Of a stretch of 64,000 nucleotides of DNA, positions 49,201-62,099 are shown piece by piece. The position numbers and the translations under genes were made by a program. Position 1 is the first letter of the stretch; the number at the start of each line of letters is the position of its first letter. The DNA comes from Lama guanicoe (taxonomy: Eukaryota): positions 1,265,988 through 1,329,987 of the forward strand of contig MU053588.1 of the NCBI GenBank assembly GCA_013239625.1, in the 5' to 3' direction. Below the pieces are notes generated by a model. That model worked only from the letters and a program-made list of their open reading frames with translations, was not told where the DNA came from and did not search any database.

Positions 49201-52200
49201 TTTAGTGCCTTTCTGGGATATGAGCTCCATGGGGGGGGAGCAGTTTTTACCTTTTTTGCCCATCACTGTATCCCCAGTGCCTAACAGGGCCTAGTACACA
49301 GTAGGCGCTCAATAAGCGAACAATACAGACGACAATCCCTGTCCCCATGGAGCTGCCCTTCTGTGGGGGAAACAAATGAATAAGAAATTATATTCTGTCA
49401 GGTGGTGATAAGTACTGAAAGAGAGGGAGGTGGAATGGAGTGCGTGTGTGTGTGTGTGTGTGCACGCGTGTACACAGTAGAAGGCTGTTGCCATATTAAC
49501 TGGGGGGTCAGGGACCCTCTCACTGAAAAAGTGACATTTGAGTAAAGAAGGATGAGAGGGAGGGAGCTGTAGGGAGTATCTGGGATGAGGGTTCTAAATG
49601 TCAGGAACAGCCAGCTCAAAGGCCCTGCTGTAGGAACGCCCCAGGTCTGTGTGAGGACCAAGGACGAGGTGCCAGAGGGGAGTGAGCAGGGGGATGGGGA
49701 GGGAAGGAGGAAGAGCCAAGTTTAGAGAGGTGACAGAGGCAGACCCTTGTGGGGCCTTGTGGGCCAAGAGGAGGATTTTGGCTCTGACTTTGAGTGAGAT
49801 GGAGCTACGGAATGGTTCTGAGCAGAATTTTCTTCCTCCTGAGGTTAATCATTCTCATTTCAACGCTGAAAAATCAAACCTGAAAAATGATTCCTCTGTT
49901 TGGCCACACCCCTGACTCTCTGAGGCTTTGTTTCCTCCACAGTTTGTTTAAATGAATGAGACCGGAGGAGTGTTGACTCAGGGTAGAGCCGAATTTGTGC
50001 AAGTTAAATATGTATAAGACGGAACTTCCTTGTGTGACCTTGGCCAGGTCACTCCATCCTCTGGATCTTGGGCTTCTGCTCTGAAAAACCCTCCCGAGAG
50101 CTGATGGGGCTGCAAAGACTCAAGGACACGGAGCCCAGAGGTGCTGTGAGCAGTGCCTGGCAGGTGACGGCATCACAACAGCTACTATTATGATATACTC
50201 CATCTTAGCATAGACTAGAACCTCCTGCATCAGCCTGCGGGCATCTGCTGGCTTCCACAACAGGTCTGAGCAGCTTGGATGACTCATTGGGAGCCCTGCT
50301 TACTCCCAGAACAAGCCCAGCTTGGCAACTTGCGACACTTCCTCCCACTGGCTTTTCTGGTTTATCCGCCCTACCTGGATCCGCAGACATTGGTGTCTGC
50401 AACCCCTTTGAATGGAAAGCCCCAGCCCATGGTACAGGGTGTCCCCTTCCAGAGTCAGAACTCATTCCAGAGAAGTCCCCTTAGTACCCTATGAACCTCT
50501 GAAGGTTTTAGATGTCATTCATAATCGCAATTAAGTTCTTCATAATCATAAAAAATAACAGCTCCATTAATAAAAGTTTCACCCGAACTAATGTTCTGTG
50601 CGTATTAACTCGTTTAATCCTCATGGCTACCTGATGAGGTGGGTGCAAACATCCCAGCTGTGAGGACTGGGTAAGTTTCTTCCTCTCTCTGGGTCTGTTT
50701 CCTCACGTAGCCAATAGGGATGATGACTGAACTTGTCTCCCAGGGTTGTGGTGAGAATTAATTAATATGTGTGAGGTGCTCAGACCCTCGGCATATGTTG
50801 GTAAGTGTGGGCTAGTTCTTTTTTTTTTTAATTAGTAGTTTCATTCTATCATTGACACTACTAATTAAATTGAGACTCTTCTTTCTGGCCTTCCGGTCAA
50901 AAATGGGATGAGACAGTCACAATCAGCTGGAAGCTGAAAGAGGGTCCCAGGCTTGGCACAGCTACCCAGGAACCCTCATTTGCACTTCCTGAGGGCGAGG
51001 GGTCAGAAACAGGGGCTGCTTCCTGTTTCTGGGTCCGTGGCACCCCGGGAGGGGGCTGGCACTGGAGTGACCTCACTGAGTGTGGAAGGAATGAAGAAAG
51101 GAATGAAGGAGAGAGAGAGTCATAGAAAGAACACAAGGGACATGGGAAGATGTTAACAGAAAGAAGCATATTGTTTACTGTCTTCCCCACTGAGTGGGGG
51201 GCTTTCTCAGTCACCACTGGGTCCCCAGCACTGGCTGGGCCCTATGCAGAAATCAGTGTATGTGACCTTTTACTTCTGTAGGGACTCTGCTATGGATGAC
51301 AACTATGTGCTCTGATTGGACAAGATCCAATGAGCTGAAGGCACCTGGCAGATTCTGGAAGGGACCAGCACCACTTGAGTTACCTGTTAGCCCAAGGGCA
51401 GGCTGAAGAAGTGCTTGAAAAATCAGAGGACAGACTCCCTAGGGGGATTTCAGCTGCTGGAAAGTAAGAGTGGAAAATTCCAGAAAGCAGAGAGCCAGAG
51501 ATGGGAGTCCAAATTCTGTGTATGAACTCTGTCTGCCCAAATCTCTCACTGACCCATTAACCATCCAAGCAGCCCAGCAAAAGATTTCAAAACTGATTCC
51601 AACTGCTAAAACAGAAATGCAACACTCTGGAATTACATAATGGGATCCAGAGTTTCCACATCTTCCTCTCATATCCCAATATCCAGGATACAGTCCAAAG
51701 TTGCTCCAAAAACAAGGAAACAGGAAAATGAGACCCATTTTTATCTCAAGAGAAAAGATGATAAACAGAGATTGACCCCAAAGTGACCCAGATGCTGGAA
51801 TTGAGACAAAGATTTTAAAGCAGCCATTATAACTATACTAGTGGGGGGAAGGTGTAGCTCAAGTGGTACAGCACATGCTTAACATGCACAAGGTCCTGGG
51901 TTCAATCCCCAGTACCTCCTCTAAAAATAAATAAGTAAACCTAATTACCCCCACAAATAAATAAAATAAAATAATTTAAAAAAAACCCTACTCTAATGAC
52001 ACAAAGAAAAATGATAAAAAGATATAAAACTTCAGCAGAGAAATGGAAAATATAAAAAAGAGCCAAACAGAAATTTGAGAACTGAAAACTACAATACAGG
52101 CACACCTCATTTTATTGTGCTTCGCAGACACTGCAGGTTTTTGTTTTGTTGTTTTACAAATGGAAGGTTTGTGGCCATTCTGTATTGTCAGATGGTTAAC

Positions 52201-54626
52201 ATTTTTTTAGCAATAAAGTATTTTTAAATTAAGGTATGTACTTTCTTTGACATAATGCTATTTCACACTTAATAGACTACAGCATAGTGTAAACGTAACT
52301 TTTATATGCAATGGGAAACAAAAAAAAATTCATGGGACTTGCTTTATTGTGATAATTGCTTTACTGCGGTGTTCTGGAACTGAACCCCACAATATCTTCA
52401 AGGTGTGCCGGTATCTGAAATTTTAAAAAATCACTGGATGGGCTTAACAGCAGGATAAAGATGACAATGAATCTAGTCAATGGAAAGTATCCAGTCTGAA
52501 GAACAGAACTGTGGGACAATGAAAAGATCTAACAGAGATGTAACTGGAAATCAGTTCACATGTGTTGAATGAACTGTATGAAAGCATGATTATTATGACA
52601 CACCTGACTAACACACCAAAAAACCCCCAAAAACAAAAAACAGACTCTGAGCGGTTAAGGGCCTTGGACAAGGACATACATTCAGGATGAAAACCTAGAA
52701 TTCAGAGCCCATCATCCTGTCATGTTCTGCTGGATTAATTTCTGTATTTGAAAATGATTAAAGTGGAAGTTAGAAGCTGCTTAAAATCCTAATTACGAAG
52801 CATCGCTCTAATCCCAGGAGCAGGGGAGACTGGCAGAGGTGCCTGTGAAGGGGAGTAGGACCCTGTGCCCGCCCTCACTCTTGTTTATAGAAAAGCTGAA
52901 GTCTCTCAGGCCTCCCTGAGTCAGAAGAGCAGGCTGAAGCAGTTGATTAGGACAAGCCTGCAGGCAATGGGGGCTGTCAATGATTCTGACCACCTATCTC
53001 AACGATTAACTAAGATTATTCCTTCATTTCCCTTTAAAAGTTTCATGGCTGAACAGAACTTTTGGAGATGGTTTTTGGAGAGGGGAAGACTGGGTCCACT
53101 AGATTGCATGCATTCTGATTAAAAGCAACTTTCCTTTTGTTACCAAGGCTATAGCCCCCCAGGATCATACCCCTGCCCCTCCCTAGAATAGAAACCAATT
53201 ACTCTTATCTAAGTCTCAGGAGGCAGCTACAGAGAAGAAACAAGAACTGGTTAGAACCCACCCAGTCCAAGGTGGTGGAGGATCTGACTTCCAGTGGACC
53301 TGGAGCCTCATTAAATACATTTACTGTAATATATTAGAATGCTAAATGACACACCCACCAGTGCCATAACAGTTGACGATTGCCATGACAACAACTGAAA
53401 AAGCCCATACAAGGACTGATTGGCTCCATCACACCTGAAAGAAGGACATGATGGCAGAAGCCTCCCATAAAAATCCACGTGACCCCCACCCAGGCTGGAG
53501 GTGTGTCTACTGCACATCTTGGCTGACAGCTCCCTGCTCCTTGCTCCTCACTCGAGCGCCCCTTCTTTGCTCAAGTGCTTTTTTTTACCTTCTCCCTGCT
53601 AGAGCACCTTCCTTCCATTTCCCCTTCTGAGCAATAAAGCAGCTGTTCACTTCGTCCCTCTGCCTCTGCTGTGCAAATTCTTCCACAGCCAGCGGCAAGA
53701 ACCCACACTTTGGTGGGCTTCCTAATTTAGGGGTCCCTCCATCTGGTAACAGGTGTGGAGAGCATCTGGTACCTGCAGTGAACATTCTTCCTGCGCCAGA
53801 GATCACCACGGCCCGACAGTCATCGTCGTCCACAATCTTGTTGAAACAAACCACCATCTCCCTATGGAGGGAAAAGGGGGGAAGGGCTGTGTCTGGGGTA
53901 GGAATCTTCTCCCCTCAGGTCCAACCCTGCCCAATCCCTCAACCCCTGCCTCCTCTGGCACTCAGGCCTCCAGGATCTGCAGGCCAGACCTCCAGAAAGC
54001 CTTGTTCATGGCATTTCTCTTCTCTGGCCGGTTTAATTGCACATGCAGAATGTGTTTCTGGGGAGCAGTCACCCGAAGGGACTCATAGCTGTGGTCTAGG
54101 GCTTCATTGAGAGCTGCTCTGGAGGCCTCATCTTGTGCAGAGGAGCCCATGAGACGAAGGCTAGGGCTGAGACCCAGGCGGTTAAGGCCTGTCAATCCTG
54201 GGGAGACAAAGGAAGACGCTTTGATGACCCCAGATTGGGGGCACAACACCTTCAAAAGCAGAGAGTACACATCTCACGTCAGTTACACTACACTGGGTAA
54301 CAGGCCTGTTACAGGGCTCGGTTTAGGGAGATACAGACTTTAGGATTAGTGTGTACTTATCAGTGGCCTCAGTATGAGGACCACTTCAGACCTGTGATCG
54401 TGGGCCTGACCGCGGATTGGGGACACTGAACCATCAGCGACCTGACTGTAAGACACTTTGGATGGGAGCACATAGAACCCCGAGTTAATTAGGGATCGAA
54501 CCCTGCCCCGTCCTGCGGTCGCTTTGACAGCACGACAGCTCCAGCAACCCCCCGGAGGTCAAGAGGTGACTCACGCCGGGTCAGCAGGTCGCGGAATCTC
54601 CGAGGTGCCACAATCGCTGCCTCCAT
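46241..54626 (-). CDS. ECH1: Delta(3,5)-delta(2,4)-dienoyl-CoA isomerase (328 aa): join(54575..54626, 53990..54197, 53773..53861, 48123..48247, 47989..48037, 47776..47840, 47103..47173, 46940..47011, 46529..46679, 46241..46345)
   Basis: Crotonase-fold motifs [38 protein letters not shown] and KEVDLGLAADVGTLQRL (catalytic acidic residues retained). Ten GT-AG exons sum to 987 nt. C-terminus is TVTFSNL*. Confidence 0.96.
51844..51985 (+). mobile_element. tRNA-derived SINE (Vic-1-like)
   Basis: GGGGGAAGGTGTAGCTCAAGTGGTAC...GGTCCTGGGTTCAATCCCCAGTACCTCC plus tail. Confidence 0.85.
52097..52411. mobile_element. Tigger1-derived non-autonomous DNA transposon
   Basis: Terminal inverted repeats CAGGCACACCT...AGGTGTGCCGG flanked by TA duplications (52095-96 and 52412-13). 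Confidence 0.8.
53138..53751 (+). mobile_element. Probable ERV solo LTR in ECH1 intron 3 (antisense to ECH1)
   Basis: Inverted termini TGTTACCA...TGGTAACA and AATAAA at 53633-53638. No TSD found. Confidence 0.55.
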
Positions 54627-54629
54627 CGC

Positions 54630-54800
54630 GAGTCGTTCGTTACCAGTAACCGGAACAGAAGAAGCTAAGGGGGCGGGCACCAAAGACCGCCATGTTAGAT
54701 GAGGGCATTGTAGCTTTAGCCCGACAGCGGTGACATCCCGATTCCCACCATCTTTACTAAGGGCAACCGGAAATAGCCTTCCTGTTTCGCAGGGCGTGGC
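54630..54800 (-). promoter_or_regulatory. ECH1 CpG-rich TATA-less promoter: ETS CCGGAA (54650, 54767), GC box (54669-54677), YY1 CCGCCATGTT (54687-54696)
   Basis: Motif matches immediately upstream of the ATG, in CpG-rich sequence. Confidence 0.6.
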
Positions 54801-56324
54801 AGTAACTTCAGTGCACAAGGGCCCTTTCGCCGAGTGGGAACATGGCCTAATCCACTGTTGAACATTCCTGTACAGCGTTCACCATAGCCGTTTTAAAATG
54901 GTGGAGAAGTTGGATCTAGCCGAGTATCCAAGGGCATATTGGCAGAATAACTGCAGCCCTGCAAGTTTGTAATCAAGCACTTGCACCGTATTAACTAAAA
55001 AGAAAACTAGTTACAAAGTTTATCCATGTAAGGGAGTGAAAATATAGACTGGCTAAAACTAAGCACTCACGGTATAATCTGAATCCTCACACCACCGCGG
55101 GGTCACACTATTTTCCCTTGTACGAAGAAGGAAACTACTGGGGAGCATAAGCCTAGTTCAAGGTCTGTGACCTTCAGGAGTATTTGTGTCCCTTGCACGT
55201 TTTTAAAATAATTTTTCAAAAACAAAATCACTTTAGAAAAAGCCAGTTAGCCCAAGGGTGTAAATAGTGCTGTAGAACTGCTTAAGTATGCTCTTTAGGG
55301 AAATGTTCAAGCACTGGGATTGTAGGGAATGAATACCTTGCCTTCTTAATGTGTCAGATGGGTAGGCTCTTTTGGAAAACAGAATCAGTGACTCAACAGA
55401 GAACCGGTTATCTACACAATGGGAAACTCTTGAAACCACTGTGTAGGTACCAAGATATGAAAAAAAAATTAAAGACGTAAAACATTAAATTTGGTTGGTG
55501 CAAAAGGGCTGTAGATTGCTCTATGTACAGAGTACTGGATATGCATAGTTTCTGGAAGGAGACTCATAACTCAAAGGATGAAAACTGGATGCTGGGAGAC
55601 CGAGGAGAGTAATTAACTTTTCACCCCTTAACTTTAAAACAAATCCTAGATTTAAGTTTATGGCTGTAAGGTGACTAGTTTCTTCTTGTCCAGAGGTTGT
55701 TTGCAGCATCCCCTTAAGCAGTTTCATCTGATAAATGCCTTTGACTTTAGTAGACTGGTTAATGTTTGGAAACTTCATAGGGAATTCTCAAGGTGTTTTT
55801 TTTTTTTTTCAAAGCACACATACACAAGGCACCAGACTTTGTAACTTCTCTCTGCAGGCTCTCTTCCCTCCAGTGAGTCAAGATCCTTAAGGCAGGTTCC
55901 CTACCAGAATGTTGTTCTGCCCACGCCCAGCTCCAACCACAGAAGTTCCCATCTTCCAAGGCTGGGGAATAGCTATCATGCTGTAATTAACTATATCCTT
56001 TAATCCACCAATTCCACTGCTAGTAATTTACCCCCACATCAGTAATCAGGGAAGCTGGCTAACACATTTCTATCAAGATATGCACCAGTAGTACTGTTTG
56101 CAGCAGGCAAATAACTGGAAATTACCTTCAGAACCAAGTAAATTATGACACATCCACAGGAGATATTCGAAGTAAAGATAAAGAGGTTGCCCTGTATGAT
56201 ATGATAGACCTCATACAGTACAAAGCATTTTGTTAAAAAACACACAATCCAGATAGAACTTCCCTTATAGGGGTGGGGGGAGTCACCAGAATTTGTTTTG
56301 AAGGTACTGGGGAGATTCTTTTTT

Positions 56325-56445
56325 TTTTTTGGTTTTATTTTATTTAAACATTTTTTATTGATTTATAATCATTTTACAATGTTGTGTCAAATTCCAGTGT
56401 TCAGCACAATTTTTCAGTCATTCATGGACATATATACACTCATTC
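56325..56445 (-). mobile_element. Short L1 3'-end fragment
   Basis: Poly-T then TTTTTATTGATTTATAATCATTTTACAATGTTGTGTCAAATTCCAGTGT. Confidence 0.65.
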
Positions 56446-56760
56446 ATTTTTACCTGAGATTTTTCCAACCTTAGAAAGGCAGGTTATTTACTTTGGAAGA
56501 TTAAGGCACTCTTTTTTTTTTGATCTCTTGAATTTTTTTATTTTTCAACACTGTTTAAACATTATTTACTTTCAAAAAGTGACTCTCCACAGATTTTCCT
56601 TAGGACTGCTTAATTCCTAGCATCATTCCTAGTAGGCAGCCCCTGGCCCACCCTGCTCCTCTCAGGGCTAGGTCTGCCATGGTGTCCTGGCCTGCCTGCC
56701 TCTCTTCAGAAGACTGAGTGGGAGGGAAGCAGACACACCCTGGAATCCCAGAAAGTGCTA

Positions 56761-56783
56761 TTTATTTTCCAAACAATTTTATT
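56761..56783 (-). terminator. Two tandem AATAAA polyadenylation signals of HNRNPL (56778-56783 and 56761-56766)
   Basis: TTTATT twice on the plus strand, ~290-310 nt after the stop. Confidence 0.7.
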
Positions 56784-57074
56784 GAAATGTGCCAAGAGTA
56801 CATGGGCAGCACAAATATATGAACAGGAAAAAAAAATCACATGTACAGTAATTTTTAAAAAGTGAAGGTTAATCTTGGGAGATGCCAGTTCCCCTTCCCC
56901 TCCCCCTTCAGACTTCCAGGATTTCCATTATGGTTAAGCTTCTACTAACCTAGCATTAAAAAAAGGAATACAGGAATATTTGCAAAAAAAAAAAAAAAAA
57001 AAAAAAGGGAAAAAAACAGCATAAAGGAAAGAAAATGTTTTCCTGCTCAGATGGGACTCTTCATAGGCACCTAA

Positions 57075-60000
57075 TTAGGAGGCGTGCTGAGCGGTGGAGA
57101 AACACAACTTCAGGGTGTAAGGGTATGGCCCATCTGCAAAAGAGGAGAGAGGTGTGATTGGGCCCCTCACTGGAGGTTCCCCCCACCCAGTTCCTCTGGT
57201 TTTGCCCAGCTCCGTTTTTCCGCAGTTCAACTGCAAGGGGGTAACTGGTCACTGCCAGTTTTGTTTCGAGATTCAAAACCAAGCCAAATACACAAGGCTT
57301 TTCTCCTTCTCTTCCTCTGGTCCCCCCGGAGGATCCCATTTAGGCCTGCCCAGGAACTGGGTGGGCAAGTGTTACCTGCTGGCCAGTACAGCCCCCTTCC
57401 TGGGTACTATGTGAGCCGGCCTCTGACGCACAGAGAATGTCAGCTCCCGGGAGAACAAGCCTGAGCAACTCCCAAGCTGGCAGAGTGGGTGGCACAAGCA
57501 GCCAGCCTGGCCCTCCCATGGGGAACAAACATCAGGCTGCTCTCCTGGCGACCAGGTCCCACCTGCCTGTGTCAGCTACAATGAGAAAACCTCTGGGGCC
57601 CTATCTTGATGGCAGGAAGGATGGCTCTAGCTTAAAGCAAGCCAACCTATCAGGCCACAACGGGGGTGACCGCAGGACACACAGATACTCACTTGGGTTT
57701 TTCATCTGGTAATGGTTCAGGAAGCCCAGAGTCTCCAGGGCATCGCTCTTGGACTCCCACTCCAGCAGCCCAGAAGAGCTGCGCTCACCTGATGGGAAAA
57801 CAAAGGTTTTAGATTGATCTGGGCAGGAACCAGGGAGCCGCCCATCTATAATTCAGGAATAGGGGAGGAGGGCAGGGAAGCTGACTGCTCACTTTTGCCT
57901 GTGAACACTTTCACAGAAGATGGCCGCTTCACTCCCAGCTCATCGCAGATCTGCAACACAGACAATGAATGAGTGCCGCATGGCGGAATGCAGACTACAA
58001 CTGAGTGGGTTTTTCTGGACAGCTTGTAAACTTTTATCACACACTCTAAGGTGTCCCTGTGACCCCCCAGAAGGTTGAGAAGCATCACTTGTAACTATTA
58101 TATTGTCAAAACCCAGGAAACTGCTTTTTACATTTCTTCCGCTGTTATTTGGGAGCTGTGTTGGCCCTGGGTAAATGTTTACTGAACCCAGGAGCAACAT
58201 CTCAGGTCAGACTAAGGCCCAAAGTCCAACTCTGCAGTCAGACTTCCTCCCTACCCCCAGGCTGCCCTGGTTCCCTCCAATAGCACCTTAACAGGACCCT
58301 CCCTTCTGATGTTATCTAGGCACAAGAGGGCTTGACAGCACTGATGCTTTGAGACTGGACTCCAATTACCATTCTATCACCAAGACAGAGAGGAGGAAAT
58401 CTTCCACAACAAATGAGCAGCCATTCTAGCTTGTCAAAAATGCAGGCTGCATGGCAAATGCCACTGCTGCTAGAAGCGCGGGGCCATTCTGAGCCTGTCT
58501 CGATCCCTGCTGTGTCCCTAGCACCCAGCTCAGGGCTAGCAGAGCAGACACTCAATAGCTATTTCTTACAAACTAAACTGAATGGCTTCCTCAGATGGCT
58601 GTGCTGAGGGAGGGACTCCATGGCACTTACCTCGAAGAAATTCTCTTCAGTCACCTCCAGAGGGGCGTTGAAGAAGTGCAGCACGTTGCTAGGGTGCTGG
58701 ATGCGGTTCTTGGCTGCCTGCTCTGGAGTGGAGAACCGGTTGTTCCTCGATTCACTGAAGTCTTTGTAACTGGAGGACCCGTCTTCTAGCCCGTATGACT
58801 GACCGGGCATGATGGCTGGTTGCTTGGAGACACTGTAGGAGGGAAGGAGAGCCCTCCATCAGACCTCCAGCTGTCCCCCACACCATGGTGGCCTCCTCTC
58901 TTGATAGCACTATAGGCCTCGGGGAGGGGAGCATCTGCTCCACAGCTGAGGACAGACTGACACTTTCTCCCACTGCTTCAGAAAAGCACCAGGGAGCACA
59001 CCCACCACACCCAACACCAGCCTGGACAAGCACCTGGCTGCACTGTGCTCCTCTGCTGAAACCTGTCCTAAGTGGGCCCCCTTCCCCTCGCCTTCTCTCC
59101 TCAGTCCCTCTCCAACCCACCCGAGCCCACAGAGACCGGGCACCTACCAGACATTCAGCCTCTGCCCAAACATGAAGTTGTTGTTGAGGTGGGTGATGGC
59201 CCGGTCCACAGCATAGCCGTCAGCCATCTCCACCATGGCGGCCCCCGGCTTGCTTTTCATGAATTTCACCTTGAGGAGAGCAGCCGTGGTCAGTATCACT
59301 GCCCAGCTGCCAGAGACCTCTCCTCCTGCCCCTTCTAAGTGAGTTAAAAGCAAGTGAACTCCTGCTCTGCATCTAGGTTTCCATGTCCTCACTTCTGAAT
59401 AGGGAATCAGGAGAAAAGAGAAGCTTGCATGGCTCACAGCAAGTGCTCAGCCCACGTCGGGCAGCAGAGATGAGGTACTGCTTTCCTAACTAAGACATTA
59501 TCTACGAGAGGGTCATTTAATGAAGCACAACAGAAAAGCAGGTATAGTGGGGGATAAAAGCAGCTATTTCTATCAATGTCTGTTACAGACATATGTACAG
59601 ATTCTGAGTCACGATCACATGGGTTGTTATAAAAATATTAAAAAGGAGTGTCGGCTCTGATGTAACTCTGAGTCCTGCTTCCATATAAAGGCATGCGAGC
59701 CTGGCAGAGTTACCTGCTCCCCACCATGCTTTCATTTCCCCTGCTTATCTCAAGGATTCTTCCAATAATTAAACAATTTACAACATGTAAAGTGCTTTTA
59801 ACAGTGTCTGGCAGAGGAAGAACCCCTGACATGTACAAGCTGCTACTATTATTGAGCCAAGCCAGGGGCTGCAAACTCAAAGGCTTCCAGGATCCAGATG
59901 GGTATGACAGAAGTAAGAATCACCCAGTCTGAGGTGGACAATCACCAGGCAGCCCCATCCCCAAGCAAGGCAGGAAGGCCCAGTGTTGCCAAACCAATGC

Positions 60001-60796
60001 AAGTGTTCCAGAAAAAACCCTTACACATATTTTACTAAGATGGGTAAATTTTATAAGTCATAATGCTTATGTTCAGTATCAGTACCTATGTGATAGTCTT
60101 GGCTCTTAAACATGGAAAATTTAAAAAACAAATCAAACAACCACACATACAGTGAAGACCAAACAAAATCTGTCTGCAGCCAGTCATCTAATTAAGCAAG
60201 TTACCCTCTCTTGACCAGCCTGCTCCTAAAGAGGCTCCTTTCCCATCCTGGCTCACTGGGGGCCAGAAGGTCAAGGCGTCCCCTGGGCCTGCCAGGTCTA
60301 CAAGGAAAGCAGTGGACCTAGCGGCAGCTCACCTTCTCCACATTGCCATATAAGCAGAAGACATTGAAGACCCGGTCACAGTTCATCTTAGATTGATCCA
60401 GGCCATAGACCATGAGCACAGGGCTGTCGGCGTGGGGGCCATACTCGGGTGGTGGGGGAGGGGGGGGGGGGTGCCCATACTGGGGGCCGTAGCGACTTGG
60501 GCCCCGGCGGTGACCCCCCACTGGTGGGCCCATCCTTCTCCCTTCGTAGTGAGGTGGGGGGGGGCCGTAGCCCTCATCATGGTAATGGCTGTGGTACCCA
60601 CCGTGGGGCCCTCCTGGGGGGTGGGAAGGAAAGAGAGGGAGGACGGGTGAGAATTTGCGCGTCGGACGGCGGGCAGGGGCACATGAGCCACGGGAGTCCA
60701 CGGAGGGGAACCCCCTGCCCTCACCATATTCTGCGGGGTGATCTCCCAGGAGAGGGGGCTGCCTCTGGCGTTTGTTAGGGTTGCTGCCAGGGTCAC
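57075..60796 (-). CDS. HNRNPL: hnRNP L, exons 7-13 (partial; 5' exons lie beyond the right edge): join(60725..60796, 60333..60613, 59148..59269, 58631..58832, 57893..57950, 57693..57788, 57075..57133)
   Basis: DPGSNPNKRQRQPPLLGDHPAEY|GGPHGGYHSHYHDEGYGPPPP...SPVLMVYGLDQSKMNCDRVFNVFCLYGNVEK|VKFMKSKPGAAMVEM...|...LKLCFSTAQHAS* (Pro-rich linker, RRM3, RRM4), with GT-AG boundaries. Confidence 0.97.
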
Positions 60797-61499
60797 CTGT
60801 AGACAGAGAATATAGTTAGAGCCTAGCCTGGAAAAAGGGGCATCTCTCTCCCTCCTGACTAGAAGCTAACCTCAATGTCCCTCAACTCCTGCAAGCCCAG
60901 GAACTGGCCCTTCCTTCCTCACGAGGGCTGCTGGGGCCTCCTTCCTGTGGCCAGACCCAGGGTGGGCATGAAGCCCAAGCTTCAAGGCTGGAATTTCCTG
61001 GTCTCCCCCCACCCATTCCAAACAGGCTGCTTTCTGTTCTCTGAAGGATGAGGCCTGATTCTGGGCCTCTCACCTTGGCTAGGCTCTGGCAGGAATCCCA
61101 GCTCTTGGGCGCTTTGGGCAACTTGCAACTACTATGGAAGCTGATATGGGTACCAGGGACAGCTTTCTAAAATAACTCCCAATGAAAGGAGAGGATTTAA
61201 CAGGCAGAAAGTGACCTCGGGAAGGGCAGAAAGATAAAACTGGGTCCACGAAGCCCCAAGGTTCTAGGAAGTCTAGGCCCTACTCTCTAGGTCTCTTCTT
61301 TCTCAGTCCCGGTCCCAATCACCCTCCACCCAGACGTCCAACCCGAGAAGAGGGACTGTAGGAGAGGACAAACAGGGCAACATCAGAATCCGTTCAAATG
61401 AGCAGTCATGTACAAGGCATCAACATTCTCAGACCCGGACAATGGCGCAGATCCACCCCCGCCCCGACCCCAGCTGCAGTGCAGAAATCACTACCATTA

Positions 61500-61740
61500 A
61501 CTTAGCACTTGAGTGGCAGACACTGTGCTAAGCACTTTACAGACAGACATCACCGGTTCTTAAAATTCCTCACAACAACCCTATGAGGTAGGTACTATTT
61601 CACCCCGTTTTACAGATAAGAAAACTGAACAGTTAACTTTTAACTGAGCCGTTAAAAGACACTTTGGCCCAAGGTCACAGAGCAAGTTAGCGGCTGAGCC
61701 GAGATTTGAACCCAGGCCTGGCTGACTCCAAAACTCAGGG
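61500..61740 (-). mobile_element. MIR SINE in HNRNPL intron 6
   Basis: CCTCACAACAACCCTATGAGGTAGG...TTTTACAGATAAGAAAACTGA...CCCAAGGTCACAG...GATTTGAACCCAGG. Confidence 0.8.
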
Positions 61741-61884
61741 CTCAGGAACAATGCCCTTTCCTGCCACCCGGCCTGGGTTTTGTTTTTCAACAGTCATTAC
61801 AAAGATGGAAAAGGGCTACTTACAGCAGAAGTACAGAGTACAATGTCCATTTGTCACAAAAAACAAATCTGTATTTTCTCTTAC

Positions 61885-61954
61885 CATTGGACGCTTCAAC
61901 AGTGAGTTAGCACAGTTCTGAAAGATGGCGTCCCATCAAACATACACTGCGACC
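61885..61954 (-). other. HNRNPL: HNRNPL poison cassette exon 6A (70 nt, in-frame TGA at 61898-61896)
   Basis: Minus strand TGCAG|GGTCGCAGTG...CGTCCAATG|GTAAGA. Length is exactly 70 nt. In phase 1 it reads GSQCMFDGTPSFRTVLTHC*. Matches the established autoregulatory exon. Confidence 0.88.
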
Positions 61955-62099
61955 CTGCATCACATGGTTTTACAGTCATAAATACAAGTCACGGTACACA
62001 TCCGCTACAACTTTTTTTTTAATTGCTTTAAAAGTCAATGCTTTGATTAAATCAAAATGGCTCACAGATGTTCTGTCCTCAGAAGATATCAGAAAAGTG

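Noticed and set aside
48760..49284. 174-aa Ser-rich ORF in ECH1 intron 3
   Set aside because: Lies in L2-like repeat remnants with compositional bias and no domain.
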